Source: the human T2T-CHM13v2.0 reference genome, Homo sapiens
Reading direction: 5' to 3' (one strand)
DNA length: 64,000 nucleotides
NCBI RefSeq assembly: GCF_009914755.1
Contig: NC_060931.1
Numbering within the stretch: position 1 is the stretch's first letter; the number at the start of each line of letters is the position of its first letter. Below are positions 1 to 13,498 of this stretch, in pieces. A program made the translations under genes and the position numbers. Below the pieces are notes generated by a model. That model did no database searches. It saw nothing but the letters and a program-made list of their open reading frames with translations, and was not told where the DNA came from.

Positions 1-1091
1 TATTATCAATGATCTAGATTACAATAATATAATCTGGATTAAGTCGCAAGGTTTTCAGGATCAGATTAATATATGATCCAAATATAATAACAATGATCCA
101 GTTTTCTCACAACTGAGTTTCTACCATATCAGACATATTTCTCCCAGTGTAGCCAGAGGTGAGGTATTGCATGCACTCCCTCTCTTTAGCCAAAAAAGAG
201 TCTAAAGCAATCACTTTTTCTAAAACAACTTCTGCCAGAGAATTTGAAAAAGTTTGCTGAGCAACTATAGCCTTTGAAGTACACGCTGTTATAGTAGATA
301 ATGTTTGAGACTGATTTCCATTCTCCTTTACATTTATGTAAAGGAGCCAGGGAGAAGCATTCTACCAAAAGACGCCCATATAGTTGGAGTAATGCCTGCC
401 AGAAAATTCCTTTTTATTCTAAAGTGCAAATTAAGAGGTGTAGACATATTTTAGTTATTTCCCATTTATGAAAATATAGAATTGCCCGTGTGTATAGTTG
501 AACATTAAATTCTGCACAGAAAAAAATAAACATAGAGGGGAACAAAAACCAGTTCTGTGGGATGCCTTGTGTGTTAGGGTCACCAGCAGGGAAGCACTAG
601 TGATATTTGTCTTAGTCTCCATTATCAAATCATTGCACAATCACACTTGGAATATCAGTGAAATTTTTAGCAGGGTGAAACAGAGGATCTCTGATTATCT
701 AAGGATTTGGGTTTAACATGGTATCTCTGCCAATTCTGTTATCCAGTATGCAGCGACAAATAGCTCTGTTGAGAATGAGAGAATGAAGAGGTTCAATGAC
801 CCATTCCATTCGGCAGTTGGGCATCTTGAACAGAAAGAGTTGGAGTTGAGGACCCTAGCCAGCTCTCCATGGCGTTACTGATTCCGAGGCAGGGCTCTAT
901 CAGACATCCTACAGGCATCTGAGAAAGCAGATTTGTACAATAGTTATAGATTGTGAGGCCAAATTCTCTGAAAGTTGTGTTTCTGAAATCTTAATATCCC
1001 CCATTATGGCAGAAAACATGGAAAAATTTTCTACATATGGGAAATTTTCCATATATGAAAATCAAAGAAGTAAAATATAAGTCCTAAAGGC

Positions 1092-1510
1092 TGTTAACTG
1101 GAAACTTTAGACAAATTAAATTTAGCAAAATTTATCTGAGCAAAGAATGATTCATAAGTCAGGCAGCACTGAGAACCAGGAGAGCTTCAGACAGCTCCAC
1201 CCTTTCACATGGGCAGGCAGTATTTACAGACAAAAAAAAAAAAAAAGTGTGATGCAGAAAGGCTTGATTGGTTATGATTCAGCACTTGCCTGATGAGGGC
1301 ATGTTGTGGTGAGGCAGTGGCTTCATATGGATAAGGCCTGATCAGTTAGCAGCCTGTGATTGGCTGAAGCTCAGCTGCTGTGATTGGCTGAGACTCAGCT
1401 ACTTGTTATAAGAATATACTCTTACATTAGGTAGAACGTTGTTTACATATTAAAGATGCAGTTTACTATGTATGATGGTAGCTTTAGGCCAAATTTAATT
1501 TAAAGTAACA
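1092..1510 (-). mobile_element. Solo ERV1 LTR, MER57-like
   Basis: Reverse complement reads TTAAATTAAATTTGGCCTAAAGCTACC...GTAGCTGAGTCTCAGCCAATCACAGCAGCTGAGCTTCAGCCAATCACAGG, with tandem CCAAT boxes resembling the MER57 LTR 5' end. It ends in ...GTTAACA. Confidence 0.7.
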
Positions 1511-2103
1511 AGTTCAAGTCTAAGAAAAAGAGTACTATTAACATTTTTATATTTTTTGAAAGGTAATTCTATGACATTAGAACATGAATTAATTTAATTA
1601 ATGAAACATTTTTTAATGCAATATATTCCCGAGATTTCCCCAAACTGTCAAAATTGATTTCTTAGTCCTCACAGCATTCCACGTGAGCTACATATTCTGA
1701 ATTTAAATGTATCCCAGTTAACTGCAATGCTATGATTTATCTAAGAAAAAGAGTAATCACGGAAAAGTAGTAATAATACAAACTAGCGTAGAAAAGTAGC
1801 AAATGCCTCCTGATCCTACATCTTGTGGTTGAATGTCATTCTATAGAATGATTCTCTTTTCTTCTTAAAAAGAGAAGCACTCCACTGATAATCACATATA
1901 TCCCTTATGATTTTAAAATCTAAATTACCAAGTGCTAATAGGAAACATAGCCTTATAGTCTCATCATCCTTAGTGCTTTTTGTTAAGAATATTTTCTTAT
2001 GTAGGAAGTTGGTTGTTTAAATAACTGATGACATGTCCATGTAGTTGAGAAATACAATCAGTGCTAATATTGACTAACTGCTTCCTACATGCCAGACCCT
2101 TGG

Positions 2104-3108
2104 TATTGGGGGAACCAGCCCCCAGTATTTCAACATAGGTTCTTTTCTATTTTCCCGAAGTGTCGACTGGTCTGAGAAATAAAGGGAAAGAGTACAAAAG
2201 AGAGAAATTTTAAAGCTGGGTGTCTGGGGGAGACATCACAGGTCAGCAGCTTCCATGATGCCCCCTGAGCTGCAAAACCAGCAAGTTGTTATTAGCAATT
2301 TTCAAAGGGGAGGGAGTGTATGAATAGGGTGTGGGTCACAGAGATCACATGCTTCAAAGGCAATAAAATATCACAAGGCAAATGGGAAGGGCAAGGTCAC
2401 AAGGCCAGGGTGAAAGTAGAATTGCTGATGAAGTTTCATGTCCCACTGTGCATGCATTGTCATTGATAAACATCTTAACAGGAAACAGGGTTCAAGAGCA
2501 GAGAACCGGTCTGACTAGAATTCGCCAGGCTGGAATTTCCTAATCCTAGCAAGCCTGGGGGCACTGCAGGAGACCCGGGTGTGTTTCATCCTTGTCTACA
2601 ACTACATAAGACAGACACTACCAGAGCAGCCATTTTAGAGGCCCCCACCCTGGGAATGCATTCTTTTCCCAGGGCTGTTAATTATTAATATTCCTTACTG
2701 GGGAAAGAATTCAGTGATATTTTTCTTACCCGTTTTTGGTAATAAGAGAAATATGACTCTGTCCTGCCTGGCTCCCAGACAGTCAGACCTAATGGTTATC
2801 TCCTTTGTTCCCTGAACATCTCTGTTATCCTGTTCTTTTTTCAAGGTGCCCAGATTTCATATTGTTCAAACATACACGCTTTATGAACAATTTGTGCAGT
2901 TAACACAATCATCACATGGTCATGAGGCAACATACATCCTCAGTTTAGGAAGATAACAGGGTTAAGAGATTAAAGTAAAGACAGGCATAGGAAATTATAA
3001 GAGTATTGATTGGGGAAGTGATAAATGTCCATGAAATCCTCACAATTTATGTTCTTCTGCCGTGGCTTCAGCCAGTCCCTCCATTTGGGATCCCTGACTT
3101 CCAAAACA
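2104..3108 (-). mobile_element. Solo LTR MER11 (HERV-K11/HML-8), inserted in a MIR remnant
   Basis: Minus strand begins TGTTTTGGAAGTCAGGGATCCCAAATGGAGGGACTGGCTGAAGCCACGGCAGAAGAACATAAATTGTGAGGATTTCATGGACA and ends GGCTGGTTCCCCCAATA, both MER11 termini. Flanks cttgg (2099-2103) and cctgg (3109-3113) form an imperfect TSD. Joined flanks resemble an antisense MIR. Confidence 0.92.
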
Positions 3109-3605
3109 CCTGGCCTAAGGATTTTATCTCCTAACTCATTCATCCTTTTAATAACGTTGTACAAGATGTGCTATCGTTATTTATTTTTCTGTAAACTACC
3201 TTTAAAACTTTATATGGACATGATATAAAAAAGAATTTTCCTTAAATTAAACCATACTCCTAGGGCTCAGTTCTCTTCCTACACCAGAAATCTTGATTGA
3301 AAGTGCTGGAAATGCCCACGAAAATGATGAAAATTACTACATCAGGGTGTGGTTGTTACAAGTTGCTCAGCTTTCCTTACCTTGGTCAACACCAGGATTT
3401 ACTAGTTAATGAACTGACTGTGAGAAGTAGAATTTTTGTGGTTATCAGCCCAATGAATGTTTGAATTGGTGATCTTAGTAGTAACTTTATGACACTCCAG
3501 TTATGAGAATTGGACAAAAATGTTCTTCGCCATTACATGAGTAGAGTATAAGAAACTAGTAAGATAGTAAGGCCTAATATCTGTCTCTCCCTTCAGTCTG
3601 GGGTC

Positions 3606-3676
3606 CGTATTAGTCAGGGTTCTCCAGAGAACCAATCATGAACCAGATATAGATGTTAGGTAGGTAAGTAGGTAGG

Positions 3677-3717
<41 letters not shown>

Positions 3718-4104
3718 GATAGATAGATAGATAGAGTGGGAGAGAGAGATAGAGAGATTTATTAAGAAATTAGTTTATTCAATTGTGGAGGCTTGGCAAA
3801 TCCAAAACCAGCAGGATGGTCCTGAAGGCTGGAGAACCGGGGAAGAGTTGATGTCGGAGTCCAGAGGCCATCTGCTGGCAGAATTTCTCTTGGCTCAGGG
3901 GTAGTCCAGCCTTGGTTCTAGACAGGCCTTCACCTGATTGGATGAGGCCCACTTACACACTGGAGGGTAATCTGCTTTACTCAAAGTGTATTTAAATGTT
4001 AATCTCATTCAAAAACATTTTCAGAGAAACATCCAGAAAAATTTTTGACCAAGTATCTGGTCAGAGTGGCCAAGCCAAGTGGATAAATAAAATTCAACAT
4101 TACA
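3606..4104 (-). mobile_element. Solo ERVL LTR, MLT2 family
   Basis: gtattagtcagggttctccagaga ... gattggatgaggcccac ... ggagggtaatctgctttactcaaag ... aaaattcaacattaca, typical antisense MLT2 with an internal simple repeat. Confidence 0.85.
3657..3757. repeat. Compound (TAGG)n/(TAGA)n/(GA)n microsatellite
   Basis: About 10 perfect TAGA units plus further interrupted units are directly visible. Confidence 0.95.
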
Positions 4105-4483
4105 GGACCTATCTAGATAACAGGTCAGAAGATTTCTGCTTCATTGATGCTGAATCCAAGGAAAACAGAATCTGGAGTATTGTGGATAGTATTTCCATTA
4201 TCTTTTGTGCAAGATTGTGGTTGTAGCACATGAAAAGACAGAGTTGGCACTTTGCAATATGTATGCATTAGGTTATATGAATTGTTTATGTCTACTTGGC
4301 AATAGCATACACCTGTATATACTGTGCAGATGCACTCAGACTGAGATTTGCTCTTATTTTAACCAAAAATTGAAATCATGGGTATTGGATCACTCATGTG
4401 CACCACAATCTGGCAGCTAACATTATTTACCAGGAAAACCAAGACTTATGCCAGTCAAATTGGTTTTGCAGAGTTATGATACT

Positions 4484-4600
4484 CATCCCTGTTTTACAGA
4501 CCTGGCAAGTGAAGTTAACCTAGAGAGGTTAAGTAAGTTGGCCAATGTATGAAGCTAATAAATAAAAGTAGCAAGATTTTAACACTGGCTGTAAGCTCTA
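4484..4600 (-). mobile_element. MIR fragment
   Basis: catccctgttttacaga...agagaggttaagtaagttggccaa resembles the antisense MIR core. Confidence 0.6.
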
Positions 4601-5769
4601 GCATCTAGAATCTTGTTAGAACTGCCTTTTATAAGAACATATACTGACAAGGGAAAATATTCACAATAGATTTTTAAATCGTAATACAGGTTACAAAGTT
4701 TTATTAAATTAAAATGCAGAAATGTTAAGAGACATTATCTCTCTATCGAAGGGATTAAGAATATTTAAAGTATTTTTATTCTTCTTTGTATATTCTAAAT
4801 TCATTATAATGGACATGTATTTATTCTAATATCAACATATCAAATGAAAATTACTTTAAAATAAATGAGCGTTTTATCTCAATTTTAAAAATCTACAAAA
4901 AATGAGCCATAAACCCCAACTTTTTGTTGTAGAAAGACATTTCTAAAGTGTGTGAGAAGATGAATAGTTAATATAAGGACTTTTTTCTTGGGCAAAGTTT
5001 TGATTAATTACTGTAGCAGTCCTGCTCAATACTTCTACTGTGAGGAGAGCTTCGTTTATTTAAAATAAGTGTTTAAATATTTTCTGCTGAAGATAGCCAG
5101 CAGCCAGGCAGGTACCTACTACTTGTGTTTCAGTTTGGCTCTGATTATAATTGAAAGTCCCAGGGCTGAAGAGGACCATGGAAGGGCCCTTGCCCATGTG
5201 AATGTTCTCACTCGGGCCTTGGCTGGCGTATAGGAAAGGTCTTGCTCCTATTCGCTCAGAGGAGGACTTTAGCTATAGGAAAACACCTTTGCTAAATGAT
5301 TTATAGTCATTCAGCTTAATTTCAAGGACATAAATATATTTCCTCAAAGTTTTAATTCAATTTAACAAAATTATGTATGGTCGTCAGAGAGGGAAGTTGT
5401 TATTCCTGAACGTGTGATTTGTCATTTATATTTTAAAATCCTTTGTTGATACAAAAAAACATTTCTCATGTACCCATAATTACATGACTTCATATAATTA
5501 TATGCTAAGCGACTTAACTGGATTATTTGATAAATTATAATTCAGGAAAATTTGGAAAACTTTCCATGACCGATGACAGCATTTTTGACCTTGACTTCAA
5601 TCACAGAGTTCTATAGTGTGAAAACATGCTGACTTCGATTCCATATGTACCTTGTACACAATTCCTTAAAACAGAACTCAATAGAATTATCCTAGATTTA
5701 TAATATGCTCATTTTTGGGGATTGTTTTTCCAGATTTCTATTATATCTTTTCAATGTTTTAAGAAAATT

Positions 5770-5950
5770 TTGTCATTTATATGCAGGAAAAATTATGTTT
5801 TTGGCACACAGTTCTATTAAGCGTTACAAATGCAGAGATTTGTGTCAATAACACCAAAGAAAGGATAAGAACAATTGCGGCACACCAAAATTCCTCATGG
5901 AGCTCCTCCCCTTACCCTTGCCAACCATTGATCTGTTCTCTGTTTCCATA
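5770..5950 (-). mobile_element. Old L1M 3'-end fragment
   Basis: cacagttctat...aaatgcagagatttgtg...aaccattgatctgttctctgtttccata, a typical antisense L1MC/MD 3' UTR motif. Confidence 0.5.
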
Positions 5951-6684
5951 TTTTTTTCATTATGCAATTGCCTTTTATTTTGTGCTGCTTAAAACTTTTC
6001 TTGGATCAGGCATAGGAAGAATAAACATGCAAAATAGACAGAAATAAACCCAGAAGGGCTTTTTATATGAACTTGAGACAAAAATACATGTTACTTGCCA
6101 CGAAGAACAAACATAAAATGAAAACAGTGTCCTGACTCCACCACAGGTTCCAAAATTTGATTAAAATTGTTATCGGCATTATAGTACCATAATCCTGCAA
6201 TCACATTTAATCACCTTAAATGTGTTGAATACAACGTGCAATTATTGTTGCTGTTATTTAAAAGTTATTTCTGAGATAATAGTAGTTTCACATCCAGTTG
6301 TAAGAAATAAGACAAAGACATCACTTGACCACTTGTGTAATATAAAGAATAACAAAGTCTGATATAACTCTTACAGGCCAAGTTGACAAGATGAAAGTGA
6401 AAATTGAGAAACCTCCTGGCTATAATAGGGAAGAGAAATTTTATAAATTTATCTCAGTGAAATCTTCATGTGCCTGTAAAATGTCTTACTCTGTATATGT
6501 TTGCATGCATAAAGAAAAAAATACTCTCACAATATTACAAAGCAAAAGTAGAATCTACTGTATGACTTAAATCAAAAAAAAATTTAAATGCTTTGTAGCC
6601 TAATAGAATCTACTTGTTTAGTCACTCTGTAATTGAAATACTTGAATAACTTGAATAATTTAATAATTGTAATGACTGAATTTG

Positions 6685-6810
6685 ATTGAACTCTCTCTTT
6701 GACCACACTTTAGTCAGGCTTCTCTGAGGCTTCTTTTCAATGAGGCCTTTGGGCCTTGCCTCCTGCAAGTCCTTGCTGAGCCCAGATTTTAGCAAAAAAT
6801 CCCACCAGTG
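6685..6810 (+). mobile_element. MER31-like LTR 5' fragment
   Basis: actctctctttgaccacactttagtcaggcttctctgag matches my recall of the MER31 start. Confidence 0.6.
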
Positions 6811-7473
6811 TACCAAGACCATTCAATGGAGAAAAAATAATCTTGGCTTTATCGTTGAAAATCAGCTGTCCATAAATGTATGAGTTTATTTTTAGATTCT
6901 CAATTCTATTTCAATTATCTAAACATCCACATTTATACCAGTGTCACATTATTATTTTTTCTTTTTTTCCAAATTATTTTATTCTTATTCATGTTTTTTT
7001 CTCAATTTTTAGCTTTAACTGAACATTTTAAAATTACGTAGCTTTGTGCTAACTTTTGAAATTGAAAAGTGTTTGCCCTGGAACATTGTGTTTTTTTCAA
7101 AACTGTTGTGACATTTCAGGTCCCTTGCATTTCCATATTAATTTTGGGAGCAGCTTGTCAATTTCTGTAAAGGGAGTAACTAAAACTTAGATATTCTATT
7201 TAACCTGTAGATTATTTACCTGAATATTGCCAACTTAACAATATTACATTTTCTAATCTATGAATATTGGCTATCTTTCCATTAATTTAGGTTTTCTTTA
7301 ATTCAACAATGTTTTGTAGTTTTCAGGGTAAAGTCTTGGACTTCTTTTGTAAATTCACTCCAAAGTAATTTATTGGTTTTGATGCTATTTTGAATGGAAT
7401 TGTTTTCTTAATTTCATATTTGGATTTTTTATTGCTATCATAGTATCTTGTGTTCCTCTACCTTATGAATTAC

Positions 7474-7617
7474 TTTTTTTTTTTTTAAGATGATATCTCC
7501 CTGAGACACCCAGGCTGGGCATAATGGCACGATCTCAGCTCACTGCAACCTCTGCCTCCTGGGTTCAAGCGATTCTCCTGCCTCAGTCTCCTGAGTAGCT
7601 GGGACTACAGGTGCATG
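7474..7617 (-). mobile_element. Alu right-arm fragment (5'-truncated)
   Basis: Poly-T then ctcagctcactgcaacctctgcctcctgggttcaagcgattctcctgcctcag...gggactacagg. Possible short TSD tacttt (7471/7618). Confidence 0.9.
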
Positions 7618-8425
7618 TACTTTCTATATAAGATCATGTTACTTGTGAATACAGGTCATTTCGTGTCTTCCTTTACCATGTGGATGCCTTTTGTTTCGTT
7701 TTCCTGTCCTGGTGCCCTGACTGAAACCTCCAGTTCAATGTTAAAAAGAAGAGGTGAGAGTGGGCATATTGTATTTTTTGTGACATTAGAATAAATTAAT
7801 AGAGTTTTTCACCATTAAGTATGATGGTAGTTGAAGGCTTTTTATAGATTCTCTACCAGGTTGTTTTTATCATAAAGCAGCATTGGATTTGGTCAAATTC
7901 TCCTCCTGTATACTGAGATGATCATGTGCTCTTTGCCCTTTATTTTGTTGTTTTGATTATTTTGTTATTTAATTTTTCTATTGCTATTGTGTTTTATGTT
8001 AATTGGCTTTTGGATGTTAAACAAACTTTACTTCCTGGGATGAATTTCACTTGGTCATGGTGTATAATCCTTTCTTTAATGTGCTTTGAATCAGTTTGCT
8101 AGTATTGCACTGAGGACATGTACATCTTTATATAGAAGAGATGTTTGTCTGAAGCTTTCATGTGATGTTTTTATCTGGTTAGGAAAATTTTGTAAATAAT
8201 TAGTATTTAATCTTCTTTAACTATTTGGTACAATTCATTAGTGAAATTATTTGGGTTTGGGCTTCCCTTTGTGGAAAGATATTTAATTGTTAATTTAACA
8301 CCTTTTTTACTTATTGACCTATTTAGATTTTCTATTTTTTCTTAAGTCATTTTTATCAGTTTATGTCACTCTTGGAATTTATTTATTTTTTTGTAGATTA
8401 TCTAAATTTCTGACATACAATTACC

Positions 8426-8889
8426 TGCTGGGTCTGTCCCACAGACGGTGTCTGAGTGAGGTATGAAAGGCGTACTCAGACACACGTATGCAGTACGAGA
8501 GCAGCTAGGGGACTGTCCAGCACTTAGCGGTGGAAGAATGAGCAGTCCTGAACAGCTGGAGCTGCTTGCTTTTATTCAGTACAGACATAATGCCGAAAGC
8601 CTGGAGCCAACACAATCTGTGGGTAATTAACATTATTGTTCCCCTATTCAGGGAGCAGACAGGAGCTCGGATGATCAAAAGTCAGCTCCTGGTTAACATA
8701 AGTAAACAAGCCTGTTTATGAAAAATTCCCCTATACTTCCTCGTACCTACTCCTTGCCCTCTGCCTCAGGGTCAGAGAGCAGCTGCCTTCAGCTTATTCT
8801 CCCCTGAAGCTATGCAGAGCCTTCCAACCTTTCAGAAGTCCTGCTCCTTTCCCTTTAGTTTCTCCCACCACTCTGACCCATCTCCTACA
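8426..8889 (-). mobile_element. Solo LTR22 (HERV-K22/HML-5)
   Basis: Minus strand TGTAGGAGATGGGTCAGAGTGGTGGGAGAAA...GAATAAGCTGAAGGCAGC...GGGACAGACCCAGCA with TG...CA ends. 6-bp TSD attacc (8420-8425) / attatc (8890-8895). Confidence 0.85.
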
Positions 8890-11800
8890 ATTATCCTTGC
8901 CACTTTTAAAGTCATCATTTTTAATTTTCTCTATGGTTCATGTTAAAGACTCTCTTGTATTTCTGATTTTAATAATATTAGTCTTCTATTTTTTTGGTCA
9001 GTTTTGATAAAGGCTTTTCAATTTTGTTGATCTTTTCAAAGACCCAATTTTTGGTTTTTTTGATTTCTTCTACTGTTTTACTATCTTAAAAATACTAATT
9101 TCTATTCTAATCTTTATTATTACCTTTTGTTGAATAATTGTGTTTAGTTTGCTCTTAGATTTCTAGTGTCTAATGGAAGAAGCTTAGGTGATTGATCTGA
9201 GACTTTCCATCTTTCGTAATATTGTTGTTTATAGCTACAAATTTTCTTCTAAGCATTGCTTTATCTGAATGAAGATAGTACTTTTCTACCTTCACTACTT
9301 CACGTTCATTTATCTCAAAGAATTTTCTAATTTCCTGTGTAACTTTTTCTTTGTCCTATTTGCTATTTAGAATAGTATTATTTAATTTTCACGTATTTGT
9401 GGACTTTTCAAATTTTGTTATTGATTTCTCATTCAGTTGTGATCAGAAAATATACTTTGTAAAATATCAATTATTTTAAATCCATTGAGACTTGTTTTAT
9501 GGTATAGCATACAGCCTATCTGTGAGAGTATTTAATATACAGGTGAGAAGAATGTGTGTTCTGTTATTTTTGGGTGGAATGCTCAATAAGTGGTTGTTAG
9601 TTTATAATGTTATTCAAATTTTCTATTTCCTCATTGATCTGTATAATTACCTACCCATTACGAAAGTGTGGTTTGAAGTAATACAATTTTTTTTAATTCT
9701 ATATTTCTTCCTTCAGAAAATTGCATTAGTTTCTCTTTATGCCTTGCTATATCTTATTAATGGGTTGACACTCTCATGGCATTATAAAATGTCCTTGTTT
9801 AGTAACATTTTTGTTTTAAAGTCCATTTTGTCTGATATTAGCATACCCGCTTCAGTTCTCTTTTGTTTACTTCTGCAAAATGGTGTGACACTTCCAGCTG
9901 GTCTCCACTGTTTCAAGTATGAAATTTGAATTGGTGTTTCTCTCTGGCTACTTTTAAGTCATTTTGTTGCCTTTTATCTTTAGAAGTTCAACTGTGATGC
10001 TTCTTGGCCTGAATGTGTTGGGTTTATGCTATTTGTGGTTCAGTCAGGTTCTTGAATCCACAGGTTTATACCTTTTTTCTCCTTTGGAAAAATTTTAGCC
10101 ATAATTTGAAGGAACATTTTCAATTATCTTGTTTCCTTGTTTCCTTGGACTTTCATTATGCAAATGTTAATTCTTTAGCTTTGTCCCAAAGTCCATAAAA
10201 CTCTGTTTCTTATTGTGTTTTCTTTCTGTTGTTCATATTGGATAAATCCTCTTTCCTATTTTCAAATTCACTGATTGTATCTTGTGTCTTCTTCACTGTG
10301 CTATAGCAACCATCTATTAAGTTTTCTAATTTTAATTTTAATAATTTTATTTTTATGTTTTATAACTTCCATTTCTTTCTTCTAATTTATTATTTTTTGC
10401 TGAGTTTTTTTTTCCCTCATAGGTTTCATGGCCACTAGTAACGGCTTAATGAAGCATTTTTATGTTGGCTGTTTACAAGTCTTCATCTGATAATTCCAAC
10501 ATCTAATTAATCTTGGTATTGGTGTCTTTTGACTGTTTTATTTCATTCAAATTGTGACTCTCCTGCTTTGATGGGAATCTGTGAGGTATTGCCAGAAAGG
10601 TTTCTATTTTGTTGGTCCACCCTCTTCCCTGTTCTTTGGCTAGGGACAACAGACTGTTCTTGGACCAGTTTTTGTTTGTGCCTGTTGGTGGCCCCAGGCT
10701 CTGTAGAGTACTGTCCAAGATAAAGGAGGCAATAAGGAAACACAAAGGGGTCATCATGGTATCTTTCCTCATTTCCTGAGGTCCTGAAGAGGTCCTCCTT
10801 CTTTTCTTTTCACTTTTCAGATTTTTTCATGCTTGTTTGTTGTGTTATACACAGGTATTTTAGTTTTAAGAGGGAGGAGCTGGCAGCAATGGAGCTACTC
10901 TATCTTTGCTGGAACCATAACCATCAGTCATCAATTCTGATGAGAGCAATGATGTTCCTATGTTTCCTCACTCTGCCAGCTTTGACCCTGGACAGCAGTT
11001 ACAAGCAAGGGCGGAGAAGGTACTCGTGAGAGGAGACAGCAGAGAGCCTGGCCTCCTCCGCATGGGTTGCCTGTGAGAATGAGACTTAACCATAAGACAG
11101 GCATGAAGTCTTGTGAGTTTCAGAGCAGTGGACAGTTTTGTTAATGAACCAAAACACTTGTGATGTAAAAGTAGCCATGAGATTGTCTATTAGCAAAATC
11201 AGCAAAAAAGTAATGGGATCTGTTAGAACATGCCTAGAGGCAGAGAAAGAATATCTCTATTGAATACAATTTAAAGTGACAATGCGTGCACCACAAGAGA
11301 CAGAGAGAGAGAGAGAGAGAGTACTGCATTATAACTGGCCAGTGAGTTTATCATGTTCAACAAATCAGTTATAAATTAATAAAATATCCAACTGAATATG
11401 GAAGGAGAACTTGTTCAAGCACATTTGTGAGCAAAATATTGTTGTAATTAAATAATAGGATAAATTAAAGAATTAAAGATAGTTATCTGTTTCCAGAATA
11501 CTAAACATTTTCTTAAACCTTTTCTTTTAAAGAAAGTACTGAATAAAATAAGCAGAACATATTTAAATCCTTAAGCTGAATAAAAGTGGGCTCAACTTAA
11601 TAATTTGCTATTTTTGTTTCTATTAAATTAAGATATTCAAATATTTTAATTTAAATTGGAATTCTCAAAATATATTGTCCATGAGGTAACACAGGGACTT
11701 CAAAGTATGAGTGACCAAAATAATTGTTTAGGTTTTATTTTCCTATCTTGAGCCTACCTTAATCTAAACTAATGTATCCATTTTCCCTAAATAGTAATTG

Positions 11801-12336
11801 TTCACCCATTGTTTTGCTTTTAATATTGAACATATAGAACGTCTAATGAAAATGTTTTGAAGTTTTGCTAAAGTGATTCATAATGTCCACTTTTTGAGCT
11901 CCTTTTCTGCAGCCTGAATTTTCAAATACAGCCCAGAGAATTCCATTTTTCCAAGACAGTCTTTTAGTTTAATTATATATTATTTATAGTTTAAATATAT
12001 ATAGAAAAATATCTCTAAAAACGTAATGAAATAATTAAGTGTAGTTAATACAAACAAGTATCACATTTTTTATCTGATCAAAATCTACAAAATTCATATC
12101 AACAATTCTTGAAATATTTTGTTTTTTGAAAAATTTTGCAGGTTACACAGCAACTTTATAGGTTAATAATTGAATCACTTATTCTCCATTTGCAAATGAA
12201 TGAAATAGAAAGTCAGCAAGTGAGTATTGTGGTTAAATTATGGTCTTTAATCAAAATTTAATAATATAAGCTGTATTTTATACTCTATACAGTAATTAAT
12301 ATGTAATATTGAGCATAGATATGTAAAGTGAATATA

Positions 12337-12385
12337 CGTGTGTATGTGTATATATATATATGTGTGTGTGTGTATGCGTGTGTGT
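12337..12385. repeat. (TG)n/(TA)n microsatellite
   Basis: Directly visible. Confidence 0.85.
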
Positions 12386-12451
12386 TATGGTTGAGCAAAT
12401 GTGGTCTCTTTCAAAAATGTGCTTTAGACTTAACATTGAAAATGAAGGAAA

Positions 12452-12758
<307 letters not shown>

Positions 12759-13150
12759 TCAGGAAAAGAGGAATGTATATGTACTCAATTTATTTAAGAC
12801 TTATGTTTTATTTTGTTCCTACTGCAAAATGACGATAAAAAAAGCATTTGTTGTCAATATTCAGCAGACTTATGGAAAGTTTTTATTGCTTGTATATTAC
12901 TGTTCTGAGATTATATTTCAAAGTAGTAGGGTACAGAAGCATTTTACAACAAATATTTGTAATTCTTTAAACCTATGATATTGCATTTAGTCTTCACCTC
13001 CCTTTTCAAGTAAAGAGTAAAACACATATATCCTTGAGCTAATATTGAATTGGGCCTTTTTAAATAACTTTGTGTTGAACATTATAAACATTAAGTTATA
13101 GAGCATCAGCATCTGAAACGAAGTGTTTTGGTAGAGTGCTGTTTGCTCAC

Positions 13151-13498
13151 TGATATGGTTAGTCTTTGTCTCAAATCTCATCTTGAATTGCAGTTCCTAT
13201 AATCCCCATGTGTAGTGGGAGGGACTGGTGGGAAATAACTGAATCATGGGGGCGGTTCCCCCATGCTGTTCTCATGATAGTAAGTTCTCACAAGATGTGA
13301 TGGTTTTATAAAGGGCTTCCCTCTTCGCTCAGCTCTCACTCTTCTGTCTCCTGCCACTATGTGAAGAAGGATGTGTTTGCTTCCCCTTCCACCATGATTA
13401 CAAGTTTCCTGCAGCTTCCCCAGCCCTGTGGAACCATGAGTCAATTAAACCTCTTTCCTTTATAAATTCCCCTAGCGGGGTGAAAACGAACTAATACA
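13151..13498 (+). mobile_element. Solo THE1 LTR (MaLR; THE1C/D-like)
   Basis: tgatatggtt...aaatctcatcttgaattg...gagtcaattaaacctctttcctttataaatt...ctaataca. TSD ctcac/ctcat. Confidence 0.93.

Larger units (their letters stand above)
6840..10900 (-). mobile_element. Old, degraded L1M (ORF2 through ORF1/5' parts, internally deleted), interrupted by an Alu fragment and LTR22
   Basis: T-rich antisense L1 motifs: gttgaaaatcagctgtccataaatgtatg, tttttgatgctattttgaatggaattg, cacttggtcatggtgtataatcc, ttgttgatcttttcaaagaccca, gtccattttgtctgatattagcata, caaattcactgatt. Confidence 0.85.

Noticed and set aside
1-100. Recurring atgatc/ataatct..gatta motifs at the window start
   Set aside because: Too degenerate and truncated by the window edge to define a unit.
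9492-9929. 145-aa hydrophobic ORF resembling a membrane protein
   Set aside because: It is the antisense T-rich strand of an old L1; the F/L/I richness is compositional.
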